Of a DNA stretch of 64,000 bases, positions 40,568 to 56,104 are shown in pieces. Source of the DNA: Octopus vulgaris (lineage: Eukaryota); NCBI GenBank assembly GCA_951406725.2, contig OX597829.1:6758001-6822000 (forward strand), in the 5' to 3' direction. Under the pieces are notes generated by a model. It did no database searches and was not told the origin of the DNA. It saw nothing but the letters and a program-made list of their open reading frames with translations. The number at the start of each line of letters is the position of its first letter. Position 1 is the stretch's first letter. Both the position numbers and the translations under genes were made by a program.

Positions 40568-40950
40568 GGTGGAGGCGCAATGGCCCAGTAGTTAGGGCAG
40601 CAGTTTCGCGGTCGTAGGATCGCGGTTTCGATTCCCAGACATGGCTTTGTGAGTGTTTATTGAGCGAAAACACCTAAAGCTCCACGAGGCTCCGGCAGGG
40701 GATGGTGGTGATCCCTGCTGCACTCTTTCACCACAACTTTCTCTCACTCTTACTTCCTGTTTCTGTTGTACCTGTATTTCAAGGGGCCGGCCTTGTCACT
40801 CTCTGTGTCACGCTGAATATCCCCGAGAACTACGTTAAGGGTGCACGTGTCTGTGGAGTGCTCAGCCACTTACACGTTAATTTCACGAGCAGGCTTTTCC
40901 GTTGATTCGGATCAACCGGAACCCTCATCGTCGTAATCGACGGAGTTCTT
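40568..40950 (+). mobile_element. SINE family B, full length
   Basis: tRNA-like head (tggcccagtagttagggcag ... ggtttcgattccc); body and tail shared with 2558-2742 and 19287-19618. Confidence 0.9.
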
Positions 40951-41348
40951 CCATCCATACATATGGATATATTTTTTATTTCATAACCAAAGTATTATAT
41001 TTAACATATTTAATGTATCTAATTTGTTTATCCGCATAATTGCCTCTATACCCGCTCAACTTGATCCGTCTCATAGCCTTTCTTTACCATGCAGAATGAT
41101 CCCCTGTAAAGACACTGGAGTCTAAGCTTGAATGTTTTGAGCGCTACTAAGTGCCATCTATACAGAGAATCTCTGGATATCATTTGTGTATATACATACA
41201 TATACATATATATATATATAATTTATACACACACACACATATATATATATTTACACATATACACACATATATATATATGCATAAAATATATATATACACA
41301 CACGCGCACACACACATAGACGCATATATATATATATATATACATATA

Positions 41349-41494
41349 GACGACAAGCATCTTTCAATTTCCGTCTCCCAACACCACTTACAAGTTTTTG
41401 ATTAACCCGAGGCTATAGTAGAAGACACTTGCCCAAGATGCCACGCAGTGAGACTGAACCCAGAACCATGGCTTCTTACCACACAGCCACGCCT
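41349..41494 (-). mobile_element. SINE family A, head fragment
   Basis: cccgaggctatagtagaagacacttgcccaag...ttaccacacagccacgcct. Confidence 0.8.
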
Positions 41495-44400
41495 ATATAT
41501 ACTCATATAATATTATTTTTTTTTATATTATTCATATACTCGTATATAAATGTCGATCTATGTGTGTATGCGTGTTTATGTATTATGCTTACTTCTCTTT
41601 ATATATACGTACGTGCTTCGACAGCAATATTGTTTCTTTTCAATGTGTATTGTTAAAAACTTGGCAATACTCCAATTATCCTGTAGTCGAATGCACTCAC
41701 ACACACTCCGGCAGCCATTCATAATACATGCATATGTGTGTGTGTGCTTGTGTATTTATACGTATACATATATTTATATATGTATACTCACTTTTGCATG
41801 CATATATGTTTGTCTGTATCTATGTGTGTGTGTGTGTGTATGTGTGTGTGTGTGTTGTGCGTGTGTATATATATAGGTAGGTAGGTAAGTAGGTAAATTG
41901 GTTGGTTGATAGTTAGGCAGGTAGGTAGGTAGGTAGGTAGGTAGGTGTACATTGTCATCCGCATCTATGTCTGTCTTTGTGAGAGTACAAGCTTCTTTGG
42001 TGTTATGCATATTGCTAATGCAATGCCTTCCAGTCCGCTGACCATATAAATTCTAGCATCATGCACAAACATGTATGCTGCCGTGTAATGTATTTATATA
42101 CAATATTTCATTAACTAAGTATACTTTTAAAATCTTTCCCGTGCGGCCATTAATCTCTTAATTATTCTACTCAGCCATGGTTACGAGAGAAAATCAATGT
42201 GCAGAATGAAACAAATTTACATATTTTACTACAATACAAAGGCACATTAATTGATATTGAAACACTAATAACCAGTCACTCTGCGCATTTTCAGGCAGCT
42301 TTGTTGGAAATCATTTCAACCCTTTCCGTTCATAGTAAGGACAATCCTGTTATGTATGATGGCGTAACAGCAGTACTTTAGTCGGTGAATTCTGTTCGTG
42401 ATTTTCTATCAATTACCTTGATTTAAGTAGCGTTCTTCCTATCGTAACACCAGTTTTATAGTCGTTATATTTGAAGGTCAACAAAGAAAAGCAAAATAAT
42501 AAATTCTTATCAAAGCATTATGAAATTGCAGACGTAATTTATATCGTATTAAACAAAACTAATATTTTTTTTTGAAATACATGACGGAACAGTTTTCTTT
42601 TTAGTAAACTATTTAATTCAGTGTGGTTATATAGAACGAAAGAATAAAATAAAATACCGGAAAACATAAGGTCACTTTACATTTAGTTATCAGATCTCAC
42701 ACTGATTGGCTTTGCTCTTCATCACTCTTCCGTTAATAAAATATCAGTCATATATCTGTTTAATGGAATGTATTAACATGATGCCCACCACTAAAAATGT
42801 ATGGCATTGTTGTAATGCGAAAAACCGTCATTTCGTTCATCTGATGAATGGTAGAAATTAAATAGCAGATCAAGCTAAAGAGTCACATCTTGTGGGTCTA
42901 TGAAAAGCAATCCGAAACGGATTATGAACAGTTAAAACAATGAAGTTGGATAATAGTTATTAACGACAGAAGCAATATTAATACGGAAAGGCAAGCTTTA
43001 TCTCAGCCGTGGGTGTTGTATTAGGACACAAAATACTACGTTATTTACCTTGTGATGACCTCTCGTATACACTTGTGGCATATAAAAGCACTCGTATTTA
43101 TATCGTTGACAGACGAGAACTGTTTGCTGCGGCTGCTGAAAATGCCAGATCATGTGATTTTGCCTTGTTTTGGGCTTCTCAGTGACAGGCATCCAGAATT
43201 AACATATCAGCAGAATCAAAAAAATATAGAAAGTGTAGGGAACTTTTAAAAATCTTCCGTAAACAAGAGCGTAATAGCCAAGAGTAGGACATATACATGT
43301 ACGTGCTTGGAAGTCAACGTAAATGCGGTGACACCTGCCGGACGGGCTCAGGTCACTAGATCTAGATATGGTAACCATCAATGAGACTAGAATTTCTGTG
43401 ACTAACTCTCACGATCAGCTTCTGGCATTAACGTGTTGTAAATTTATTTTCTTTAGAAAGTCACGGTCTTAGTCGTAGGTACCACTCGCCTAGACAGTAA
43501 CCAGAGGGTTACTTTGTACAGACGAGTGGCCTTTTATGACCCGACAGTCCCTAGAAGGCCGGATTTCTCCAGATGCCCAAACTTCTTTTGAAACATCAAG
43601 CTCGTTTTAATGTGCAATTAGATTTGTATCTTAAACGTACGCAGAGTTCGGAGCCAGAAATGTATGATAAACTTGCTTTAGAGTTTCCAGTTATCTGGCA
43701 AATATGACTTGGAAATTACAACCACACCGGAGCAGATCCGAACATACCGCAACATATCTTACAGAGTAAACATTTCTTTGCATTAGATAGGTATTCAGAT
43801 AGAAACAGTGTAACGTGCTCACAGTCTCGTGCACTTGACTACATAAACCACAAATTTAAGATTTGTATACTCAGCTTCATAAGACTAAAAATAAGATACT
43901 GGTTCTAAATACCACTTTCTCAGCACGCAAAGCATTCTACGATGTGGTAAGTAAAGACAGCGCTTTATTTATTAACAACATTTTTTATGCTTACTCAAAA
44001 GTGAATTAGTGCAAAACTTGGCTACTGGTTTATAAGACGGGCCGTGAAATGTGTTGCTATTTTGAGCACTCTCTCTACCCAAAATCGAAGGATGCGAATT
44101 TCGCGTATGACCATGGGTGTTGTGCGCACCCCTATGTCCTTAATAAGCTACAGCTCGTGCATTCTATCCAATTCCAAGCAGATGTATGCAAATTTTCAGG
44201 ACATTTTACCAAACTATTCTTATGGAGTAAAATATATGAGGTGGACATCGATACCCTCATAAATGATCTGTACTTAGTTACCTAATGAATGTGTTTCGTA
44301 TTGTCTACTTTGAGTGGTAGCCACGTACCTTCTTAACTTTGAAGATGTTAGACCCGCTATAACTGGGCCACAAATGAGATGGACCGAAGTGATATCTCCA

Positions 44401-45003
44401 TCCGGCACATTAGATATTGCAGTAGTTGACGACTTTCTGGACGGATATTCCTCTGGAAGCACGTGCTTCAACTGAAAATCTCATCAGACTTGCAACTCCG
44501 CATCCGAAGGTGCAAGTCCACGTGGGATTAAGGTATCTGTTGTATTAACAATTTTAGTTGTTTGAGGATCTGGTGAGAATCAAAGTTACAGGTGCATAAA
44601 AGTTTACGAACAAAGTTTCTAGTCTCATTCAGAAATCATCTCGGAAGAATCTATCCAGGAAAAGCTGACAATTTAGGCACAAGTAACCAGTATTTACATC
44701 GGAGACGTGTTACCGTCTGACCATCATGCCTTTTCATACAGGTAATAACATTTACCATTTAGTAAATATTTGGTATCAATAATTTTCAATCTCATTTTTT
44801 AGAACTAATTACTGGTATTTAGTTCTAATTACCAGCAATTAGTTTTCTGATCTCACTCCATGTCCTTAATTGACAGGCCAATGATAGAATACCATAGTAC
44901 ATGGACATATGCACATATATATACGTATAGATATAGATAGATAGATACGTGTGTGTGTGTATTTGTGTGTCTATGTGTTTATATATAATTATACGTATGT
45001 ACG

Positions 45004-45055
<52 letters not shown>

Positions 45056-45189
45056 TATATACGTTTGAATATATATATATATATATATTTATATATGTAT
45101 ATATACGTATGTGTATATATATATTTATATATATATATACTTATGTATATATATATATGTGTATATGTGTGTTTGTGTGTGTGTGTGTG

Positions 45190-45225
<36 letters not shown>

Positions 45226-45282
45226 CAAAGAGAGAGAGAGAAAGATGTATGTATATATTTGTATATGTGCGGGAATATACAT

Positions 45283-45326
<44 letters not shown>

Positions 45327-47700
45327 GCATATGATTTGTTATTTGCGTGTGTCTGTATTTATAAACAAATATCAAAGCAGCAACATGAAGCAACTTAAGG
45401 ACACGATTCACGGTTTTTGTAATTAAATGACTAGTATAACTGACTGAAATACAGAAATATCTGCAATAACAGTCTCCTGCGTTTCTTACAGAAGCCAAGT
45501 ATTATGAATGACATCACGGGATACAGATGTACTTTAAAATTATATTTAATAGCTCGTTAGCATCAGCTGTCCACCGCGAATACAATGAAACTAATGTTAA
45601 TTTATAGCATGTAAAGAAGTCAATATAGTGATCGTCTTATTTCTTTGATATTTCATAGATATTTTCACAACTACTATTACAAAAATATTATTAAGACATA
45701 TATAATAATGATCAAACGCTATTGATCTTTACTTTTAATAACATATATAGAGGTATATTTTGGTGAACTAAACTTCCATATCGAAAAAGGCTAGGAACGT
45801 ACTATGAGACAGAAAGAAAAAAGACAAACTAAAATGTCAGCCGCCTAATCCTACTCTAGGATTATTTATTTGTAAATATTTCGCATATGAGACAGAAAGA
45901 AATAGGCTAATACTCAATCATTGTATTTTGTACCAAGCTTAAATAAAGTGTCCAAGACAAATCATCTACTTAGCAGGATATTGTTTCTACAGTCCTTCCC
46001 ACTTTCACACAAAGCGATTTGGAAATAAAGCTTAGTAACATGCAAAACATGTATTTTAACTGCAGATGTCGCCACATCGACTAGACTACTCTATTAATAG
46101 GAAAGCAAATATTGTTTATTTAGTACCGTTCCAAGATATATCAAACTTCACTATTCCTCACAGAAAAAGATAACCAATCTCACAGAAAACAAATTTGCAG
46201 CTATATGACATACTCTTCGAGTTGAATTTGATATTGGTATATTTAAATTAGAAATGAAGAACGGCATTAAAATTTGAAGCATTCTTCCATAAGATTATTA
46301 ATTATAAGCAAAGATAAAAGCCGAGTAAATAGGATTTTGTCTTCTGTTATATAGTTAGTAATTTCAAAATTATTACTAAGCCGATGTACTTCAAAACAGG
46401 GAACTATATTCTAATCGGTATATCTCAACTATCCTATGAGAATATACGTACCAGATATTCTGCGAATGTTAAATGATGTGTTGGTGTTATGCTGAGAATG
46501 TTTATTTCATTCGTTTCATAACAAAAATTATGAGTGTCATACAAGTCTCCACAGATTCGTGGATCCATTAGGGCATTGAGAACAATTTAGGGAAAATTAC
46601 ATTTTAAAGCCATCTACCTATAATTCTGTTATACACTCTAGTTTTACATGAATTCCAATTAATTTCGTTCCTATGCGACAACGATTTTCGTTTTCCTTCT
46701 TTTCACATTTAGTCGTATTTTATATTTTTTACAAATATTTCAGTTGAAAATCTAAAAGTAATTATTTTTTTTATGGCAATATCATCTCTAAAGCAGCTAC
46801 GAGACGATTTCAACTATATAGGAGAAATTTAGCTATCATCAGAAAACTTCACTTCTGAACAGGAATTAGTGTTACGGATATTATAAAATAAACATTTCTT
46901 TAAATATGAGGCAACATAAACATCCACATATATAAAAGAGCTTTTTCTTATTTATATAGCCATAAAAACTTCCAGCAGAAAACTAATTAGACCCTTCTTT
47001 CACTAAATAGGATAAAAAAGATTGTTTTTAACATTTCTAAAATGGCAGAAAAAATGGGATAAAAGCGACGAATCATAGGTTGTCGGTGTCGGGAGCAACG
47101 CCTCACGCTATTTAGTTATCAGCAACTTAACAACTGAATCAGATGCTTACAAAAACTGTTCTCCGCTAAAGGCACTAAAAGGACATATTAGGGCGTAAGA
47201 TGGGTAACAAATTGTGTGCCAAGCTCGAACAGTACAATGTATATAAGGGGTCTGCGCACAGTTTACCTCTCACACACTCAATTACACTCAGAATTCATGA
47301 ATTGCCTTGAGGTTCTGGTCGAAGATGTATACGTAAAGTTTCGGACAGTGGAATCAAACTCATAAGCACATTCGAAACCATGAAAAAGCATTCGTCGATT
47401 TTATTGTGTTTTGATAAGGAAATGACACATTTATAATTTATACCTATCTACCGCTAAAAGGGTGGGATGATCGCAGTTGGAATGTCTTTAGTCATAGCTC
47501 TTCTCAATCAAACTACACCTGGGTGGTCATTAGATAATGTAGTCTTAGATACAGTAGATAAACATGAAGTCTAAACAGAATGGTTACAGCTACAGCAAGT
47601 TTTATCATTGTTCCAATGCATCAAGTTCCACCTGAGAATGGCAGAATAGCAACAAAATCAAGCAAAAAGTATTTAAGCAATAGATTTAAAAAGCATTTAA

Positions 47701-48003
47701 GAACTATAAACCAATCCTTCCAGTTCTTTCAGAACTAATATTTATTAAAACACACCGTGTTAATAATTTTATTGACCGATGTTTCGATTTAGTTCTAAGA
47801 AGGCAATTGATCATATGAAATTCACTTGGCTCCTATTTCTACAAGAAATATACTCAAACTAGTAGAAATGGGAGCCAAGTGAACTTCAAATGACCACGTG
47901 CTTCCTTAGAACTAAATCGAAACATCGGTCAATAAAATTCTTAACACAATATGTTTTAATAAATGTTAATTCTGAAAGAACTGGAAGGATTGGTTTAGAG
48001 TTC
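47701..48003. repeat. Imperfect ~300-bp palindrome (fold-back or MITE-like)
   Basis: Arms of ~141 bp (gaactataaaccaatccttccag.../...ctggaaggattggtttagagttc) around a ~19-nt spacer. Confidence 0.9.
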
Positions 48004-48879
48004 AGCTGGATCAATGTCATCTGGAGCTAAAACCAATGAGGGATACATTAAATGACGTAATTCTACATAAACTGCGATTAAAGAAATAAGTAGGATGGTC
48101 AGGGATGGTTCACCTTTCCTTATGTCTGAGTTCAAATGACTTACCGAAAGTAACAACCAGATCTTACTTAAATATCGCTCAGTTCAGGGTGAGCGAGTTC
48201 TAACTATTACAAAAGTGACATCGTTAGATATACAGAAATGTAGAATTAATTTGTGAAATCTGTATTTTCAAGTGATTTTCATTACACATTTTTGAAAACG
48301 CTTTTATAATTCATACATACACAAACACATACTCCAACATATATACATTTGTGCGATATACATATATTCATGTATGTGTGCGAGTGTGTACATGAATATG
48401 ATATATATATATATGGTGTGCAACGGTATTATTTACCGGTGCGTGTAAATCAAACATAATTGAGTTTATGTAATATTCATAATGTTCATTACAATAACAT
48501 ATAATGCTGCTTCTTGAGAAAAAAGTAAAGAATACCCTAAACGAATAAACAATATGGAAAGGATATAATCGCAAATAGAATAACACGTTGGATTCTGTTA
48601 CTGATGCTGATGTTGCTACCGATTATGTGTTTTTCCTGCGTTTACCTTTTCTTTTAACGCCGTCCTTGCAAAAACTCTTATTTAAATTCATTATTATTTG
48701 TATTGCTATTAATTTAAATTTTCACATTTGTTTTATTTTCATGAATCGATGTCATGAATATATTGCGACTGAAAATTGGGGTCCTGGCAGAAGTTTACTG
48801 ATTTGATTAGGTGCATATAATATCCTAGATTCTCTGTTTGTTATCTTCGGTGAATTTCTATTTTATTTATTTATGCACC

Positions 48880-49250
<371 letters not shown>

Positions 49251-50145
49251 CTATTGTTTTTTTCCATTTTTTTTTTAGTTGTTGACCTTCCTACCGCCGC
49301 CTCTACAGTTACGGCTGCTATTGTTGTCACTGCTGCTGCTAACAGTGTTAGTGCTTTTCGTATTTTTTTTCCTCTTGGCCCCGTAACACTTTTTCCTAAT
49401 TTTAGATGTAAATCTAACAGCTGAAAATATATTTGAGGAAATAAATATAAAAAAATAACTAAATAAATAAAATTTCGTGCAAAGTAGAATATAACATAAT
49501 AAAATCATTGCCCATTTTGAAATTGGTGTTTGCACTCAGTATTCAGAGAACTCAGAACTGCATTACCATGCATGTTAAATGTTTTATCTAATCTTTATCT
49601 CTTTTGTAAAATCGGGAACACATCGTATTGAGTCTATATGCTTTAGTGAAGAAGAAAGAAAACAAAAACAAAATTGGTGATTCATATCCACGGAAATTAT
49701 TTGTATCAATTGGACAGGAAACAGAATCACAAAACATGACAAGAAGACGTGACAAGTTCTCCGGCCGTAAACAGCCGATTTTTCCCCCACGTTCGTGTTT
49801 ACAAAATAGTGATTGCTTTGCAAAACACTGTGATGAAGTTAGTCGAAAGAACAAGAACATCGTCGCTTAATCTGTGTGGGGATGCGTCATTTGTCCCAGG
49901 ACTAGGTGTCATTTTATCACTAAAAAAAAGGGAGTAATGTTTCAAATCTTAATGGGTGGAGGTCGTCGTAGAAAATGCAATTGTGGTACAAGTTATTCAG
50001 TACTGGCCATCATGAATTAGCTGATATGCTGCATGAAGAATTCAAAATGAATATAAAAAAGCAACAAAAAAATTACGTTTACAATATAGGATTAATTCAA
50101 AAAAGAAAATATTTGACTGTCTCACGATGAAAAATGTCACTACAT

Positions 50146-50412
<267 letters not shown>

Positions 50413-50670
50413 TGGCAGAGTAGTGTCGTTGCTGTCGTTCTTGTGGCCAGTCAATACTTTCGCTACTCATGGTATGATAGATATCAGATTTCATGATTCA
50501 CATGAACCACATGACTGCTTTTAATTGTACACACTCACATCGATTTTAATGCAAATATCACACAGTTTAAAATACAAGCATACACACGCACGCACATACA
50601 CACGCACACACACACATATATATATATATATACATATATCTATATATATAAAACTATATATATACATATA

Positions 50671-50880
50671 TCTATATATATAAAACTGAGCATGTGTGTC
50701 TGCGTGTTTGTGTGTCTGTGTCTGTGTGTGTCTGTCTGTCTGTGTGAATCCCTAAAACTTGAGAACTACACTACCCATTTGATTCAAATTTTACACATGC
50801 CTTACTTAGGGTCCATGTAGTGTCATGGGCAAAAAAATTTTTTTAACTTCTTGCCTAGGGCGAGCCGACAGCAATATCAT
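50671..50880 (+). mobile_element. Non-autonomous Helitron-like 5' end
   Basis: TCTATATATATAAAACTGAG, then a (TGTC)n tract, then aactacactacccatttgattcaaattttacaca, the usual layout of invertebrate Helitron-N elements. 3' end not located. Confidence 0.55.
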
Positions 50881-51202
50881 ATCTTCTCCACTATCTCAGT
50901 ATTACGATATAAAAGTGAAACAAAAACATCTCTCTTTTGTAATGTCAGATACTTTCACTTTAATACTGAAACTATTAAAATGAAAGTGTTATATAACAGG
51001 GATGAACCATTAACAGTGGACATTCATTTTGCTAGAAGATCCGCTATGATCTTATATGCTACAACACTGGTTTTTAATTTATATTAATCAAATTAATATT
51101 CAATTTTTCACCCTTATCATTTTAAATTTAAATTTACATGTATATATATATATAGATGTATACTTATAGATCTTTATATATATAGATGTATATATATATA
51201 TG

Positions 51203-51249
<47 letters not shown>

Positions 51250-51458
51250 AATATAGGATAACATTTTTTTAATTTTATCAATGGCCAGCATATTAAAAAT
51301 ACCTTTAAAGGGTAAACTTATAAATAACTTATAAACAAGGATAAAAGAAAAAAATTTCTAATGCCAAATATGCCGAAACTAGATACGTCGTCCCTAACCA
51401 TATAATTTATCACTATAAGCCCGTATCTCGAAGAAAGCACAGAAATTTGCGGCGCATT

Positions 51459-51512
51459 TATCACTGACGAAGAGAATGTTCTTTTGAATTAACTCTGAAA
51501 TCGGGTCCGATA
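51459..51512 (+). ncRNA. Type I hammerhead-like motif in a (TA)n-flanked repeat (51270-51625)
   Basis: TATCA CTGACGA AGAG ... CTCT GAAA TCGGG TC CGATA. The core is intact and helix II is AGAG/CTCT; helix I has an A-C mismatch next to the core. Confidence 0.6.
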
Positions 51513-51713
51513 TGGTAATAACGGAATATTTTTTGGAAACTTCTGTCCGCTTTCTTCGAGATACGTGCTTATAGTGATAAATTATATGGTTATGGACGAC
51601 GTGTCTTTTACTCTTGTTTATAAGTTTTATATATATATATATATACATGTATATGTATACATGTATATGTATAGCTGTATATGTACACATGTATATGTAT
51701 ACATGTATGTGTA

Positions 51714-51763
<50 letters not shown>

Positions 51764-51839
51764 TGTACACGTATATATACACATATATACATGTATACAT
51801 ATATACACCATTACACACATATCCCACACACACGTACAT

Positions 51840-52160
51840 AGGTGCAGGTGTGGTTGTGTGGTAACAAACTTGGTTCCAAAACACATGGTTCTCATTTCAG
51901 TCCCACTGTGTGGTAACTTGGCATGTGTCTTCTGCTATAGCCTCAGACCAACCAAAGCCTTGTCAGTGGATTTTGTAGACAGAAACTAAAAGAAGTCAAT
52001 TGTATATATATGTATGTATATATGTAAGTGTATGTGCGTGTCTTTGTCTCTGTGTTTCGCCCTCATCACTGCTTCACAACTGATGTTCATTTATTTACAT
52101 CCCCGTAACTTACTGGTTTCACAAGAACAAACTAATGGAATAAGTACCAGGCTTATCAAC
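51840..52160 (+). mobile_element. SINE family A, degenerate
   Basis: aggtgcaggtgtggttgtgtggtaac...cagtcccactg...accaaagccttgt. Confidence 0.8.
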
Positions 52161-52978
52161 ATAAAAAAAGCATTAGGCTGTGTCTCATATGTTTGTTTGC
52201 CCACTCACATGTATCTATCAATTTTTCTGTGTATGAAATTCTAGTCATTTTTTATGATCAAAAACTAAGTCAAAAGTACTGAATGGATCTTTATGAAATT
52301 TGGAAATTATATTCTATGCATAAGGGCCATAACCCCCGTGACAATTCATATATTTTTGCTGTTGATGAAATTTTAACCATAGATATTAGACACAAATGAA
52401 GTAATATTTATAAAACTCCGTCTTCTTACAAGCTACAAAGACCCCTCCATGGGGACTTAGCACCTACAATTTTGTCATTTCATCTAAGTAAAAACGAATA
52501 CAGTTGTGCTCTTGGAAGCTGTGGGGCTACCCGAGCATAAAAGATGAGCATTATTTGTAATTCATGGTACAACAGTGTAACAGTTTGCTTTCACATACAC
52601 TTAGATTGTGATTTCTGCAATATGGTGCATAAATTGTCAAGTAAATGAGAGGCATCTTTGCCTCCACTGATTCAGTTGCAAAGTGTTGAGTAAAGTTATT
52701 TGAATGCAGACCTCCTTTCAGTCTTTTTATTATCACTCGGTCACACATAGTCCCCAGATGATAACATTGATTTCAAGGCCTTTCCAGATGATTGACTGGT
52801 TATTCAAAGACATTTATAGATTTCCAATTTATTCTGTCCTGTTACGTATCAGTATAGTGGTCATTTGCAAACTCCAGAGGTGACACTTGCATTTCTCCTT
52901 AACCCTCTCTCTTTCAGTCCCTCTCTCCCTCTCTCTCTTTCAGTCTCTCTCTCTCTTCTTCTTTGTGTGTGTATGTAA

Positions 52979-53010
<32 letters not shown>

Positions 53011-53566
53011 ATGTGTGTGTGTATGTGTGTGTGTGTGCACATACATACATACACACACATACTTATATACACCGATAAAATGTAATATCTTCGTCACTCC
53101 GAGTTTTTTCTATATGATATACAAAAATTCTAAATGTCAGTGTAAAAGCATCCAATACATAACTAGATATTAATCTAGGAATTTGAGTATTAAGTTACTG
53201 AGAGTTTACTGCAAGTGAATGTCCGTAGCACTGTCGAATATGAAACAATAATTCTCATTGGCAATGTTTTTAATTCCTCGTAAAATTTCAGTCCATTATA
53301 ATGATAGAGATTAACATTTGGTTATCTAATCGTAAGTTCATGTTCTTATTTTTTTTTCTTTGTGATATGTTGATTCTTTTCCTTAAATTTGTGTTCGCCA
53401 AATATTTGATCTGGGATATAGTCTCATGCTTATTTAATCATTTACTAATTTAACTCATATTCATTCATTTTAATATTTTCCCTAATTGCATTTTACTCAT
53501 TTTGTAAACTAAGATTGACTGATATATGTTAAGATGTGTATGTGTGTGTGATATACACATGTTTGC

Positions 53567-53623
<57 letters not shown>

Positions 53624-53660
53624 ATGTATATATATGTATATATATATGTATATATATATG

Positions 53661-53701
<41 letters not shown>

Positions 53702-53702
53702 T

Positions 53703-53755
<53 letters not shown>

Positions 53756-55764
53756 ATGTATATAGTGAAAAGTGCAAGATCCCCTTATCTACCAAGGAAA
53801 TTATTTTATTGGATAATTCTGAACTTGAATATGTCTCTGATTTTCATATGTGTCTTCATTATAGTAGCAAATGAATTAGGAAACCTAACAAGAGGTCTTT
53901 CACTAGCATCAATGATGCTGAGAGCTTTTAAGAAGCGCGATCAACAACATATGGAATGTCTACGAACAGCTCGAAGATATCTCGCAAACAACTTGCACAT
54001 GCAAGTGCTACCAGTCGAAAGCTTCGCATACCGGAAGCCAGCAAGTGTATGGGGCCATCAGGAAAGAATGCGCGCAGTTTCGGGGTCTACCTCTCGACCG
54101 TATCATTGTGCACTTTCACTGATATGATGCCCAGCATGCTAGATCAACTGGTTATCAAATAAAGCTCCATAGTCTAGCCATCGCTCATCGTCTCTTTTTA
54201 ACCAAATCCCGTGGCTAGCCTTTGGTTTAGATATCGGTCATGTTGGTCCCAAAATGCTTTTAAAGTATCACTTTCGAAACAACCCTTGAAAATGAGATTA
54301 AACCCTGAAGATGCACACAGACAAGAAGATTGTAAAATGTTACATTTACAGTCTATATTATAGATACCATTACGAAATTAGTGTCGAAATAGTGTGATAA
54401 TAGTAATTCTTCACAAAAAAGGCGTCGCGTTAATAAGAAAGAGGCTGACATAGTGTAATAGCTCAGAAGCAACGTAAGTTGATTTGCCAAAACCTAGCAT
54501 AGAGGAACCATAGAGGTGGACACAGGTATACCTATTGAATAGCACATACACATTCAGTATATTTGAGCGTATCTGTTGTTGCACACGCATGCGTGTGAGT
54601 GATTATGAAGTATGTGAATATAACTGAAGTATTACAATAAATATTTAACTTTTAAATATTATGTAACAAACAGGGGTTCTTTAATAATAGCTTTGGCATT
54701 TATATTTTCTGTATTTAGGTAGTATCCATGACCAGTCAGAATATATTCAGCATTACACAGCATCTAATATTATAAGCTACCGAATGTCCCTAGGGTTACC
54801 TTTAATCGAATATAACTATGATCGATGCCATTATACCGGTGAACATCCCGCCTTATTGGTTATATGTAGACCACTGCTATTTCTCGTAGGTTGAGTGATC
54901 TCATAGCTCGGTATGATATTTTTTTCGTTCTTACTAGAACTAGCAACCTGATAGCTCCCGCGGGATACTTTATTGGATATCAAAACAGTTATTTTTTGGC
55001 AACAAATGGCAAAATATTTTTTTTTCTGCCGATGAGTTTTGTAAGAAAATTCTGTCAGTTTGTCAAAAGAGAAAGAACATGACTAATGGTATTTTTACAG
55101 TGTCTGCGATAATTGAGAAAAAGGAAGTACAACAGCTATTTTATTCCCAAACAAGAAACGTCTGGCAAGAGAATGAACTCCCCTACATATAGACAAAGGA
55201 GTGTGTGAGGCATTAAACCGTTGTAAAAAAAAGACTAACGGCTTAGTAAAACAATTATCATTCTCTATGCCTTACATTTAGATGCAGTAACAAGATTTCA
55301 TTTTATCAAAGCTTTCATAAAAAGGCAGTTTTGTGCATCGGAATTCAGTCTGAAATGAAAGACTGTGAACAAAATTTGAAATCACATTGTCAATGCTAAG
55401 TAGACGTTTTTTTTTTTTTGCAAGTAGACTTTTAAATTACATAATTCAAGATGTCTTTGCATTATTCAATAAAGTAAAGCGAGAAGTGATCCACACGAGA
55501 TTTGTGTTGGCTTTTACATCAGCGATATATAATAATTTCTCTATAACGGTGATATGGGACAATGTTAACTCTAGTTTCTCTTTCTGGAGTTTCTAGTGTT
55601 ACTAAACTTGATAAAGGAAATAGAAATTATCCCTCTCTTTCTCTTTCGCTCTCCTTCACACACATTGCTTTATTTATTTATTCTGCTTCTCTCTCCTTCA
55701 TTTTTCACCCCAAACAAACTCACACACAAACACACATATATATGTATACAGAATATATACACAC

Positions 55765-55803
<39 letters not shown>

Positions 55804-56059
55804 GTAATCATACATACATACATACATATATACATATACATATATATATGACAATGATAAATATCAAAGTGAGTTATATACAGTAGCGGTAACACATCGT
55901 GACGTATATTTGCCATCTCAATATGGCTACCCCTAAGGGTGAATGCTACTGTAGTTTTTAGCCCCAGGAGGACACACTCCTCCAGCTGGCCATAGACACA
56001 CTTTCTGTGTCCTGTCAGTATTTGCAAAGGAAGTCATCCTTCCCGTTCAACTTATGATA

Positions 56060-56104
56060 CACACGGACTCGAGTTTCGAAGTATTGACCTCTCGTCAGCG
56101 TGTG
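56060..56104 (-). ncRNA. Type I hammerhead ribozyme (array copy 1)
   Basis: CACACG CTGACGA GAGG TCAATA CTTC GAAA CTCGAG TC CGTGTG. Confidence 0.92.

Noticed and set aside
46803-46842. Minus-strand CTGATGA...helix...GAAATCGTC hammerhead-like string
   Set aside because: Helix I cannot form; at best a decayed relic.
49628-49870. 80-aa complex ORF as a possible host exon
   Set aside because: No recognisable domain or convincing splice context.
53870-54127. ORF tail containing SMMLRAFKKRDQQHM, similar to a CR1 post-RT motif
   Set aside because: Only about 15 residues resemble it and the downstream motifs are missing.
54305-54395. CTGAAGA...GAAAT hammerhead-like string
   Set aside because: No helix I or III and no properly placed NUH site.
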